From Gammaproteobacteria bacterium (lineage in GTDB: Bacteria; Pseudomonadota; Gammaproteobacteria; Steroidobacterales; Rariloculaceae), in NCBI GenBank assembly GCA_050485545.1, contig JBJHBP010000008.1:24678-88677 (forward strand): a stretch of DNA of 64,000 nt. The letters run 5' to 3'. Positions 36,038 through 44,705 of this stretch are shown one piece after another. Positions within the stretch are counted from its first letter, which is position 1, and the number at the start of each line of letters is the position of its first letter. The position numbers were made by a program, and so were the translations under genes. The notes beneath the pieces were generated by a model. It searched no databases and was not told the DNA's origin. It worked only from the letters and a program-made list of their open reading frames with translations.

Positions 36038-38578
36038 TCAAGAGCCTCTGCGCCGGACGCCGCTGATGGCTTTGGCCTCAAGTGGATCCTCCGGCCAGTC
36101 GTGTTTCGGATAGCGGCCGCGCAGATCGCGCCGCACGTCGGCATAGCCGTTGGCCCAGAAGCTCGCCAGATCCTGCGTGATCTGCACCGGGCGCCGCGCG
36201 GGTGAGAGCAGTTCGAAGGTCACCGGTGCGCGACCGCCGCCCAGGCGTGGCGTGGCGTGCAGACCGAAGACTTCCTGAAGCCTGACGGCAACCACCGGCG
36301 CGTTCTCGCTGCGGTAGTCCACGCGGATGCGCGAGCCGCTGGGCATGGGCAGATGCGTCGGCGCCAGCTGCTCCAGCTGCCGAGACTGCTCGTAGGTCAG
36401 CATCGCACGCAGGGCTTCGGCGAGCGGCACCCGGGCAAGATGCTCGCGACGCGTGCAGCCGGCCAGCCAGGGCGCAAGCCAACCGTCCACCGTCGCCGTC
36501 AGCGCGGCATCATCCACGGCCGGCCAGGGCGTTTCCGGGGCGACACGCCGTGCGAACAGAATGCGTGCCTGCAGATCCCGGGGCGCGTCGGTCCAGGGCA
36601 GCGACTGAAGGCCCATCATGCGCACGCCGTCCAGCATGGCGCTTGCCGCCGCATCGGGCGGGACGCGTGGCAGCGGCTTTTCTTCGAGAACCAGGTCGCC
36701 AAGGCGCAACACCGTTCTTGCAATGACCGCCTGTTCACGCGCATCCCATGCGACGGACTCGACACTGCGCAGCTGCTCGCCAAAGTGGATGTCCATCGCT
36801 TCGCGTGTCAGCGCCGCTGCGAGCCGTATCAATCCGTCCCGATCGCGATCATCGACGTCGACAGCCACAATATACGGCGCACGCGCAAGCGCCGATGGTC
36901 CGGAAAATTTCGCACCGCGGCCGTTCGCAAGCGTGTAGCGCGATTCGCCGCCTGACCGGCGACGAGCGATGCGATCCGGGTACGCGAACGCCAGCAGCAC
37001 TCCGGTGAGTTCATCGATCTGCGGCGACGATACGGCCTGTCCCCGTCCCCGTCCCTGTTCAATACGCCGGAGCAGTTCGTCGGCCAATCGCCGCACGCGC
37101 CGCGAGGCCGGGTCGTGTCCTTCGCTGCGATGCAGTCGCGTCGTGAGGTCCGGGTCATCGTCGCGGCGACCGCCGCGCAGTGCGTCGTGGTCCGACAGCA
37201 GCGCGGCAATGCGCGCGCCCAGAGAGGCGGCACCCGATCGCCGCGCCGCGAGCAGCATGTGCGCCAGTCGCGGATGCAGCCCCAGCCCGCACATGTCCCT
37301 GCCCTCGGCGGTGATGCGGCCGTCATCGTCGATGGCGCCAAGACGCCGCAACAGATCACGGGCGCTGGCCAGCATGGCCGCGGGCGGCGCGTCGAGCCAG
37401 CGCAGCGTGCTGGCGTCGGGCGTGCCCCAGTTGGCGAGTTCCAGCGCCAGCGGTGCGAGATCGGCCTCGACGATCTCCGGCGGCGTGGTCGCGGCCAGGC
37501 TCTGATGCGCACCCTCGCTCCACGCGCGGTAGCAGTGGCCCGGCGCCGTGCGTCCGGCGCGACCCTGGCGCTGCTCGGCCGATGCGCGCGAGATGCGTCG
37601 CGTGGTCAGGCGGCTCATGCCGGTGACCGGATCGAACACGGCACGCCGCACCAGGCCGGAATCCACCACCACGCGTATGCCGTCGATGGTCAGGCTGGTC
37701 TCGGCAATATTGGTGGCGAGCACGACGCGGCGCCTGCCCGGCGCCGATGGCGACAGCGCGGCATCCTGGGCGTCGCTGTCCAGGTCGCCGAACAGCGGCA
37801 GTACGGTCGTGGCTGACAGCGATGTATCGTCACGCAACGCCTGTTCCAGCCGCTGCTGCGTGCGCCGGATCTCCGCGGCACCGGGCAGAAACACCAGCAC
37901 GTCGCCTTCCGTTTCGGCCAGTGCCCTGAGCGTGATGCGGGCCATGCGCTGCTCGACGCTCTCGGTGGTGCGCGAGGTGGCCGCCATTGAAGCGCCGGGC
38001 AGCAGCGGTGCACCCTGTGCGGCGTAGTGTGTCGTTACCGGAAACGGACGACCCTCACCGGCAATGCGCGCTGCATCGCCGAGCAGCGCCGTCACAGCCT
38101 CGCCATCCAGCGTGGCCGACATCACCAGCACCCGCAGATCAGGGTTCAGCACATCGCGCGCATCCAGCGTCAGCGCCAGACCGAGATCCGCCTGCAGGCT
38201 GCGTTCGTGGAATTCGTCGAAGATCACCAGCGCGACGCCGTCCAGCGCAGGATCCTCGGACAGCATGCGCGACAGCACGCCTTCGGTGAGCACTTCGATG
38301 CGGGTGGCGGACGACACGCGGGTGTCCAGTCGCATGCGGTAGCCGACGGTGCGGCCCACCGGCTCGTCCAGCGTGTCGGCCATGCGACGTGCGACCGCGC
38401 GCGCGGCCAGGCGACGCGGCTCCAGCATCAGGATTCTGCCGTCACCCAGCCATGGTTCGTCGAGCAGCGCGAGCGGCACCACGGTGCTCTTGCCGGTGCC
38501 GGGCGGCGCTTCAAGCACCGCCGCACGGCCGTCAGTCAGTGCGGCGCGCAGCGCGGGAAGCAGTGACGCGATGGACAA
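36038..38578 (-). CDS. hrpB: ATP-dependent RNA helicase HrpB (DEAH-box)
   Basis: Track ORF 36038-38698. By alignment to HrpB N-termini, the first ~40 codons overlap the upstream gene and are unlikely to be coding. TTG 38578 is a plausible but uncertain start. APPGTGKST, DEFHERS, and a C-terminal HrpB-specific region. Confidence 0.88.
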   Translation of the reverse strand: MSIASLLPALRAALTDGRAAVLEAPPGTGKSTVVPLALLDEPWLGDGRILMLEPRRLAARAVARRMADTLDEPVGRTVGYRMRLDTRVSSATRIEVLTEGVLSRMLSEDPALDGVALVIFDEFHERSLQADLGLALTLDARDVLNPDLRVLVMSATLDGEAVTALLGDAARIAGEGRPFPVTTHYAAQGAPLLPGASMAATSRTTESVEQRMARITLRALAETEGDVLVFLPGAAEIRRTQQRLEQALRDDTSLSATTVLPLFGDLDSDAQDAALSPSAPGRRRVVLATNIAETSLTIDGIRVVVDSGLVRRAVFDPVTGMSRLTTRRISRASAEQRQGRAGRTAPGHCYRAWSEGAHQSLAATTPPEIVEADLAPLALELANWGTPDASTLRWLDAPPAAMLASARDLLRRLGAIDDDGRITAEGRDMCGLGLHPRLAHMLLAARRSGAASLGARIAALLSDHDALRGGRRDDDPDLTTRLHRSEGHDPASRRVRRLADELLRRIEQGRGRGQAVSSPQIDELTGVLLAFAYPDRIARRRSGGESRYTLANGRGAKFSGPSALARAPYIVAVDVDDRDRDGLIRLAAALTREAMDIHFGEQLRSVESVAWDAREQAVIARTVLRLGDLVLEEKPLPRVPPDAAASAMLDGVRMMGLQSLPWTDAPRDLQARILFARRVAPETPWPAVDDAALTATVDGWLAPWLAGCTRREHLARVPLAEALRAMLTYEQSRQLEQLAPTHLPMPSGSRIRVDYRSENAPVVAVRLQEVFGLHATPRLGGGRAPVTFELLSPARRPVQITQDLASFWANGYADVRRDLRGRYPKHDWPEDPLEAKAISGVRRRGS

Positions 38579-38607
38579 TAATGCGTTCCGCGCTGCGCCG
38601 CCGTGAA

Positions 38608-39465
38608 TCAGGACAAGGCGCGATCGAACAGTGCCAGCAGTCGCGACCAGGCGCGCTCGGCCTGTTCTTCGTCGTAGACGGCCGAGTCCGGCACGCACCA
38701 GCCGTGTGCCGCCGGGTACACCTCGATTTCGGCGGGCAGTCCGTTCGAGTCGAAGGCCTCGCGCAGCGTGTTCTTCACCTGCGGCTCGCGCTCGTCGTCG
38801 TTCTCGGCCACGGCGATCAGGAAATGGGCGTCCATCCGCGGAATCAGGAGATGCGGGCTGTCGGGGTTGTCGGTTGCCAGACCGCCGCCATGGAACGAGG
38901 CGCCGGCGCCGATGCGTTCATTCATCGTGGCGGCGGTGCGCATCACGATGGGTCCACCCATGCAGTAGCCGGTGGTGCCGATGCGGCGATTGCTGTCTAC
39001 GGCGGACTGCTCGTCCAGCCATTCCACGAACGCGCGGGCGTCGGTGACGTGCGTCTGTGCGTTGAGCGACTGCGCGAGGGGCATCACCGTATTGCGCGTG
39101 TCCGGATCGGCGAAGCTGGCGCCGTCGGGTACGACGGGTGAGCGGCTGTTGCGGTAGAACGGATTCACGGTGAGCACCGAGTACCCGGACTGCGCCAGGC
39201 GTCGGCCCATTGCCCGGAACGTCGGCCGCAGGCCGAGAATATCCGGCCACACCAGCACCGCGGCATGCGAGCCGCTGCTCGGATGGACGAAATAGCAGTC
39301 GGCGATGCCGTCGGGCGTTTCGATTTCCACATCCGTTTCAGTGACAGCCTGGGCATTGGCCACAGGCGGCAGCAGGGCCATCAGCCCGAGGCTCGCGGAT
39401 GCGGCCCCGAAATCGCGGCGTGTCATGTATTTCTTCAGATCATCTTCGAAATGTTGATCGCACAT
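38608..39465 (-). CDS. Dienelactone-hydrolase-family protein with Tat-type signal
   Basis: This is the C-terminal 285 codons of track ORF 38608-40794. ATG 39465 follows AGGAGAA. The TRRDFGAASASLGLMALL twin-arginine-like signal, the GYCMGG nucleophile elbow, and AAHGW near the C-terminus. Confidence 0.85.
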   Translation of the reverse strand: MCDQHFEDDLKKYMTRRDFGAASASLGLMALLPPVANAQAVTETDVEIETPDGIADCYFVHPSSGSHAAVLVWPDILGLRPTFRAMGRRLAQSGYSVLTVNPFYRNSRSPVVPDGASFADPDTRNTVMPLAQSLNAQTHVTDARAFVEWLDEQSAVDSNRRIGTTGYCMGGPIVMRTAATMNERIGAGASFHGGGLATDNPDSPHLLIPRMDAHFLIAVAENDDEREPQVKNTLREAFDSNGLPAEIEVYPAAHGWCVPDSAVYDEEQAERAWSRLLALFDRALS

Positions 39466-39594
39466 CGGGTCGTTCTCCTGTTCTGCCGGCAGTCGCGTGG
39501 CAACCTGCCGTGGCGACTTGTTCTGGGCCCCCTGGGCAGCGCCTGAGCGCGCCCAATGGCAGACTATACCCAACACAGGGGCAAGGGAGCACGG

Positions 39595-40815
39595 ATGCCG
39601 GAGCAATCTCCAGGGACGGCGGCAAGAGGGGCCGCGTGGCGGCTGGCCTTCGGCGGCACCCTGCTGTTCGCGATGGGCGCAGGCACGCTGATGCAGTTCA
39701 CGATCGGCGTGCTGGCGCCGTTCCTGACCGAAGACCTGGCGCTGTCGCGCACCCAGTACGGATCGCTCCTCACCGTGTTCTTCGGGGTGGGCGCGGTGGG
39801 CTCGCTGTTCGCCGGCAGGCTCGTCAATCAGCTGGGTGGCCGCGCCATCGTGCTGGCGATCTTCTGGCTGTCGGCGGCGGGTATGGCGGGCATGGCCATC
39901 GCCGCCGGCTATTTCACGCTGGTGCTGGCGATCGCGGTGGCGGGGCTGGGCACGGCGCTGATCAACCCGGGCACCAATCAGCTCATCGCCATGCATCTGC
40001 CGCGCGGCCGTCAGGGTGTGATTCTGGGCATCAAGCAGTCCGGCGTACAGCTCGCGGCCACTTTTGCCGGCGCGCTGCTGCCAGCCGCGGCCGAGCAGTT
40101 CGGATGGCGCATGGCCGTGCTGTTCAGCGCACTGGTGCTGCTTGTGGGCGTGGCGGCGACCTGGCTGATCGTGCCGGCACCGGATGCGCGTCGGCCACTG
40201 ATGCAGGACGCTCAGTCCCGAGACAGCCCCGGCGGGTTCGTGTGGTGGATGACCGCCTACGGGTTTCTGATGGGCGCGGGCGTCGCGGCGGTGCTGGCGT
40301 TTGTGGTGCTGTACGCCGTTGAAGTGCTGGAATTCAGCCGTACGCGCGCCGGTATGGTGACCGCCTTTATCGGGGCGGTCAGCGTGGCGGCGCGCATCTG
40401 GTGGGGGCGGGTGGCTGAACTGACGGCCACGTCCACCGGGCCGCTGCTGGTGCTGGCGGTGCTGTCCGTGATCGGGCAATTGATGGTCTGGGGCGCGCAG
40501 TCGATCGGCGAGTGGCTGCTGTGGGCGGGCGCCGTGGTTTTCGGTGCATCCGCGGCATCCTGGAATGCCGTGGGTATGCTTGCCATCGTGCGTGAGCTCG
40601 CGCCGGAAGCCACCGGCCACGCCACCGGCATCGTTCAGGCGGCGTTCTATCTCGGACTGCTGCTGTGTCCGCTGCTGTTCGGCTGGAGCGTGGACCTGAC
40701 CGGTCACTACAACGTCGGTTGGGCCGGTGTCACGATCGTGTTCATCGGCGCGACCGTCATGACCGCGGTCTGGCACAGCCGGGTCGTTTTGCATCGACGG
40801 CCTGATCGCGGCTAG
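39595..40815 (+). CDS. MFS transporter
   Basis: Track ORF 39556-40815 (start at 39556 or ATG 39595). About 12 hydrophobic segments. Divergent from the hydrolase gene. Confidence 0.85.
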   Translation: MPEQSPGTAARGAAWRLAFGGTLLFAMGAGTLMQFTIGVLAPFLTEDLALSRTQYGSLLTVFFGVGAVGSLFAGRLVNQLGGRAIVLAIFWLSAAGMAGMAIAAGYFTLVLAIAVAGLGTALINPGTNQLIAMHLPRGRQGVILGIKQSGVQLAATFAGALLPAAAEQFGWRMAVLFSALVLLVGVAATWLIVPAPDARRPLMQDAQSRDSPGGFVWWMTAYGFLMGAGVAAVLAFVVLYAVEVLEFSRTRAGMVTAFIGAVSVAARIWWGRVAELTATSTGPLLVLAVLSVIGQLMVWGAQSIGEWLLWAGAVVFGASAASWNAVGMLAIVRELAPEATGHATGIVQAAFYLGLLLCPLLFGWSVDLTGHYNVGWAGVTIVFIGATVMTAVWHSRVVLHRRPDRG

Positions 40816-40937
40816 CGGCGATGGATGAATCCAGCCATTCCCATCAGAAACAGCAGTGTCGGATCGGCCTTGCGGGCGTTAGAGTGGTGGCGGCCATCCT
40901 GCACCGGTATGGCCCTTGTGCTGAAAGGGAGTTGGAC

Positions 40938-41120
40938 TTGAAGGTATCGCGTCGCGGTGTGGCGGCTGGATCAGCCAGCATCCTGATCGCGCTCTCCGTG
41001 GTGCAGATTCTGCGCGCACGCGCCGATGCCGAGCCGGCCGGTACCGTGCCGTGGATCATCCTTGCCTGTGCGGTGGTGCTGCTGGTTATCGCGATTGGCG
41101 GGATGATCCGCGGACGCTGA
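40938..41120 (+). CDS. Possible small two-TM membrane protein
   Basis: Part of track ORF 40821-41120. TTG 40938 lies 6 nt after AAAGGGAG. Encodes two hydrophobic stretches (AAGSASILIALSVVQIL; WIILACAVVLLVIAIGGMI). No homology evidence. Confidence 0.3.
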   Translation: MKVSRRGVAAGSASILIALSVVQILRARADAEPAGTVPWIILACAVVLLVIAIGGMIRGR

Positions 41121-41135
41121 ACAGCCGCGTGTGTC

Positions 41136-41798
41136 TTACGGCACACGAACCGCGACATTCGTCACCGTCTGCCGCGACAGATCGAGCTCGCACACATAGG
41201 TGAAGGCGCGCTGGCCCGTGGTGCGGCCGGAGGCCGATGCGCGACCGCTGGAAAACGCGCCGGCACCGGCGAGCACCGTCGTACCCGCGCGCTGCTCCGC
41301 TGCCGGGCTGCCTTGCAGGGTGGGTGCCACGCGATGATCTCTCTGGATCTGCGTGTGGACCGCGTCCGTACACCGGGTGATCAGCGCCTGAGTTATCGGT
41401 CGGCCGCCCGGCGCGCCGCTTCCGCTGGCACCGCGGCCCGGGTCCGCGACGGGTGGTCGGTCGGGCAGATCCAGCGCCGCGACACGATTGCCCGCACGCT
41501 GCCAGATGCACGCGAAGGGGCCTTCGGCACGCGCGTCCGAGCGCCAGGTCACACGGCCCGATACGAGAATGTAGCCATCCTGCTCGCTGCCTGCCCTGGG
41601 TTCCACCAGCACGCCACCGCTGGTCTGTACCTGCGCATTGATCGCATTCGAGCAGGCACTGATCGCCCGCTCGGCAAACACGCCGGGCGCCGCTGAAACC
41701 TCCGGAACGGCGCCGCGCTGTGCGGCGGCGGGCAGGGCGTGCAGCAGAAGTACGAATACTGATGCCAGGGCGAGTCCGAGGCGTGTGGAAGCGGCCAT
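41136..41798 (-). CDS. Secreted hypothetical protein with an internal two-fold repeat
   Basis: Track ORF 41136-41927; ATG 41798 follows AGGGGA. Signal peptide MAASTRLGLALASVFVLLLHALPAAAQ. Two related Cys-bracketed modules (ISACSNAINAQVQ...FACIW and ITRCTDAVHTQIQ...FTYVCEL). Confidence 0.65.
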   Translation of the reverse strand: MAASTRLGLALASVFVLLLHALPAAAQRGAVPEVSAAPGVFAERAISACSNAINAQVQTSGGVLVEPRAGSEQDGYILVSGRVTWRSDARAEGPFACIWQRAGNRVAALDLPDRPPVADPGRGASGSGAPGGRPITQALITRCTDAVHTQIQRDHRVAPTLQGSPAAEQRAGTTVLAGAGAFSSGRASASGRTTGQRAFTYVCELDLSRQTVTNVAVRVP

Positions 41799-42274
41799 GA
41801 TCGAGTCCCCTTGCAACGCGGTGGTCAGCGTCAATCTACGCGCCGGGAGCTGGCGAATCCATACGCCCGTCACAGTTTGCTGTCTGCGCGGTCCCCCGCC
41901 TGGCGTGAGCGGGCGTGACAACCGCATGCGAGCCCGCGAGCAGGCTGCATAGGACTTCCGGCTTCCAGCATCTTCATCTCCTCACTCGCTCGGGTTCGGG
42001 TAGAAGTTCCCGTCCGGGTACGGGCAGGTACCGGAAATATAGTATTGCGAGTTACCTGGGTCCCCGCACCAATACTCAGGCGTTGGCGCGTCAATCAGAC
42101 ATGCAACCAGGCCTCGACGCGAACTTCAGTGGTCTGCATTCCCTCGCAGACTTCGGTCGGCCACTTTTGTCCGACGTACCACACCGTGTCCCAGTAGCAC
42201 CCTGCGTCAAACACGCCTCCCGATGTCTCGGAGTCCCGCTGCAGCCATCAGTCCAGTCGGCATCCTCGTCGTCC

Positions 42275-42844
42275 TTAGCTTGCTGGCGCTTCTGGGTCCG
42301 GGGAATCCTTAGACCGTGCCACGCTCAACAGTTCGTCCAGAAGATACAGCGTCTTGGGCGGAAAGCGTTCGAGCGGGTAGTACCTTGCGATAACCGCCCT
42401 GGCCTCGTCGGTGCTGGTGAGATTGAGATGCCTCAAAAGATAGCGGATGTCCTCCACGTCGTGGAACTCCTCGCCGATCCGCGCCGACAGGCATTTCATT
42501 GCCAGGAGGTAGGCTGGATCGGCGGCATGGACGGTCAGATGCTCAAGCTGCAGATAGACGCTGAAGCTGCCGTGCTCACTGAAGAATCCCTTCACGGCAT
42601 CATTGAGCCAGCTTTCGGGCAGGTCGTTTTCCACGGCGACTCGCGCTGCCGCCGTTCTCACCTCTCTGGTCGGTTCGAATACAGCGTCCACATCTCGCGT
42701 CGCCGCCCGGGCCGCGTGTACGAGGCACATCACAGCGCCACCAACCACGTAGAGATCAGCCGTGACTTCACTTTGCCCCAGATGGCGGTCGAGCTGACGA
42801 AGCAGGTGCTCGATGTCCGCTATGGTGAGCTTCGCGACACTCAT
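42275..42844 (-). CDS. Minimal pol-beta-fold nucleotidyltransferase-like protein (DUF6036-like)
   Basis: 189 aa. VVGGAVMCLVHAARAATRDVDAVF fits the GG...DxD NTase signature, followed by a helical C-terminal half. ATGA overlap with the upstream RHH-fusion gene. Lower local G+C. Confidence 0.7.
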   Translation of the reverse strand: MSVAKLTIADIEHLLRQLDRHLGQSEVTADLYVVGGAVMCLVHAARAATRDVDAVFEPTREVRTAAARVAVENDLPESWLNDAVKGFFSEHGSFSVYLQLEHLTVHAADPAYLLAMKCLSARIGEEFHDVEDIRYLLRHLNLTSTDEARAVIARYYPLERFPPKTLYLLDELLSVARSKDSPDPEAPAS

Positions 42845-43347
42845 ACGCGATCGCCAATCGTTGAATCAATGAAGATGTTGCGGCGACGAAAGGCCGGGGG
42901 AGCATTGAGCAACAGGTGGAGCCTGAGTCCCGGCAGATCGGAGCCGAACACCGGTTCCGTCAAGGGTGCAACCCTGGCCGTCCACGAAGGCGGAGCCACA
43001 GCCGCGCGATGTGCAGCCGTCTCGATCATCGCGGCCACATAATTGGCCATGTAGGGTTCCAGTGGTGGCGGTGCCTCGCAGACAGCGTCGACCAGCTGTG
43101 CCGGGCTCAACCGGGCGAGGAATTCATTGAGCTCGGCTAACCAGTAGGGCCGCTCTGGCGAACTGCCGCACAGGCTCTCCGTCAGCCGCTGAAACGTTTC
43201 CCGGGAAGCCGGCAACAGCCTGGCCCGCACCCAGCTGGACATATCCATTCCGGCGCGCGCGGCAGCCTGCCGGATCGCCTTTTTCTCCGCCGCAGACAAT
43301 CGAATCTGGAGTTGTCCGTCCTTGCCGTCTGTCATGCCCTGCATCAT
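42841..43347 (-). CDS. Ribbon-helix-helix (CopG-like) N-terminal domain fused to an unknown C-terminal domain
   Basis: 168 aa. QLQIRLSAAEKKAIRQAAARAGMDMSSWVRARLL has the beta-strand/helix-helix pattern of RHH proteins. The remaining ~120 aa contain no motif I recognise. Confidence 0.65.
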   Translation of the reverse strand: MMQGMTDGKDGQLQIRLSAAEKKAIRQAAARAGMDMSSWVRARLLPASRETFQRLTESLCGSSPERPYWLAELNEFLARLSPAQLVDAVCEAPPPLEPYMANYVAAMIETAAHRAAVAPPSWTARVAPLTEPVFGSDLPGLRLHLLLNAPPAFRRRNIFIDSTIGDRV

Positions 43348-43434
43348 CTGTGGGGGAATCCATCATGTCAATACGATGTGTTGACAGACGTGCGATGCGC
43401 TATCCTTTCCAGTTTCCGCCAGTGAACCACCCGC

Positions 43435-44676
43435 ATGTCTCAATCCGAGCCCCGAACCGCAGCTCAATGTGAAGGATGGCCGCGCGCCAGCATCAGAAAG
43501 GCCGACGTGGAGCGTGTCGTGGGTGGTCACCCATGGATCTACGGCAACATGATTCACGACATCGAGGGCGAGCCGCGCGACGGCGGGCCCATTGCGATCA
43601 TCGATGCGCGCGGCCGGCTGCTTGGCGCCGGGCTGTACAACGCCGCTTCCCGCATCGCGATCCGCGTGCTGTCACAGCACCTGGAACCGTTTGACGAGGC
43701 GTTCTTCGAACGACGCCTGCGCGACGCGCTGCGCTGGCGGCAGCGCTACATGGCGGGTGCATCCTGCTATCGGCTGGTGAACTCCGAAGCCGACGCACTG
43801 AGCGGGCTGATCGCGGACTGCTACGAGGACGTGGTCGTGTTGCAGTTTTCCTCGCTGGGCATGGCCGAGCGCAGGGAAGCGATCGTGGCAGCGCTGGTCA
43901 GGCTGCTGCAGCCGCGTGCGATCATCGAGCGCGGTGACAATCCGGGGCGGCGATTTGAAGGGCTGCCCGAAGTCGGGGGCGTGCTGTATGGCTCGTTGGA
44001 CGAGCCCGTTGTGGCCACGATCAACGGCCTGCAATTCGGCGTGGACGTGCTGCGCGGCCAGAAGACCGGCCTGTATCTGGATCAGCAGTCCAACTGGCAG
44101 CTGCTGGCTTCGCTGCTGGCTCGGCGCCCGCGTGCACGGGTGCTGGACGGCTTCTCGTTCGCCGGTGGATTCGGTCTGCATTGCGCGCAGGCCGGCGCCG
44201 CCCGGGTGCACATGCTCGACCAGAGCGAGGGTGCGATCGCGGCGGCGCGCCGCAACGCGGAGCTGAATGGGCTCACCGACGTCTGCAGTTTCGAAGTCGG
44301 CAATGTGTTCGACTGGCTGAAGCACCAGTCCGGACGACCGGGCCGCAGCGAAGACTACGACGTGGTTGTGCTCGATCCGCCACCGTTCGCCCCGAACCGC
44401 GCTGCAGTGAAAGGTGCGCTGCGCGGCTACAAGGAAATTCATCTGCGCGCGATGAAGCTGATGGCCGCCGATGGATTGCTGGCCACTTTCTGCTGCTCAC
44501 ACCACGTGCACGCGCAGCTGTTCGAGGAAGTGATCGCGGCGGCAGCGCGCGACGCCCACAGAACGCTGCGTCGCGTCGCGGTCTGCGGTCAGTCAGCCGA
44601 TCATCCGGTGGTCGTCGCGATCCCCGAAACGGAGTATCTCAAGGGCTTTGTTTACGAGGTGAGTTCGCGCGCGTAG
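43435..44676 (+). CDS. rlmI: 23S rRNA (cytosine1962-C5)-methyltransferase RlmI
   Basis: PUA-like N-terminus (GGHPWIYGNMI), SAM-MTase core (VLDGFSFAGGFGLH, VVVLDPPPFA) and C-terminal DHPVVVAIPETEYLKGFVYEV, all colinear with E. coli RlmI as I recall it. Confidence 0.88.
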   Translation: MSQSEPRTAAQCEGWPRASIRKADVERVVGGHPWIYGNMIHDIEGEPRDGGPIAIIDARGRLLGAGLYNAASRIAIRVLSQHLEPFDEAFFERRLRDALRWRQRYMAGASCYRLVNSEADALSGLIADCYEDVVVLQFSSLGMAERREAIVAALVRLLQPRAIIERGDNPGRRFEGLPEVGGVLYGSLDEPVVATINGLQFGVDVLRGQKTGLYLDQQSNWQLLASLLARRPRARVLDGFSFAGGFGLHCAQAGAARVHMLDQSEGAIAAARRNAELNGLTDVCSFEVGNVFDWLKHQSGRPGRSEDYDVVVLDPPPFAPNRAAVKGALRGYKEIHLRAMKLMAADGLLATFCCSHHVHAQLFEEVIAAAARDAHRTLRRVAVCGQSADHPVVVAIPETEYLKGFVYEVSSRA

Positions 44677-44682
44677 GCCGCG

Positions 44683-44703
44683 GGCGCGACGCCTCGTCGC
44701 GCC
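44683..44703. terminator. GC-rich hairpin between convergent rlmI and TonB-receptor genes
   Basis: GGCGCGACG-cct-CGTCGCGCC: 9-bp perfect stem with a 3-nt loop. It lies between the stops at 44676 (+) and 44706 (-). No U-tract. Confidence 0.45.
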
Positions 44704-44705
44704 AG

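Noticed and set aside
38608-40794. 728-aa ORF in the track
   Set aside because: Only the last 285 codons (from ATG 39465, with an AGGAGAA RBS and a Tat-like signal) look like a real protein, a dienelactone hydrolase. The upstream part is antisense to the MFS gene at 39595-40815 and is Arg/His/Gln-rich nonsense.
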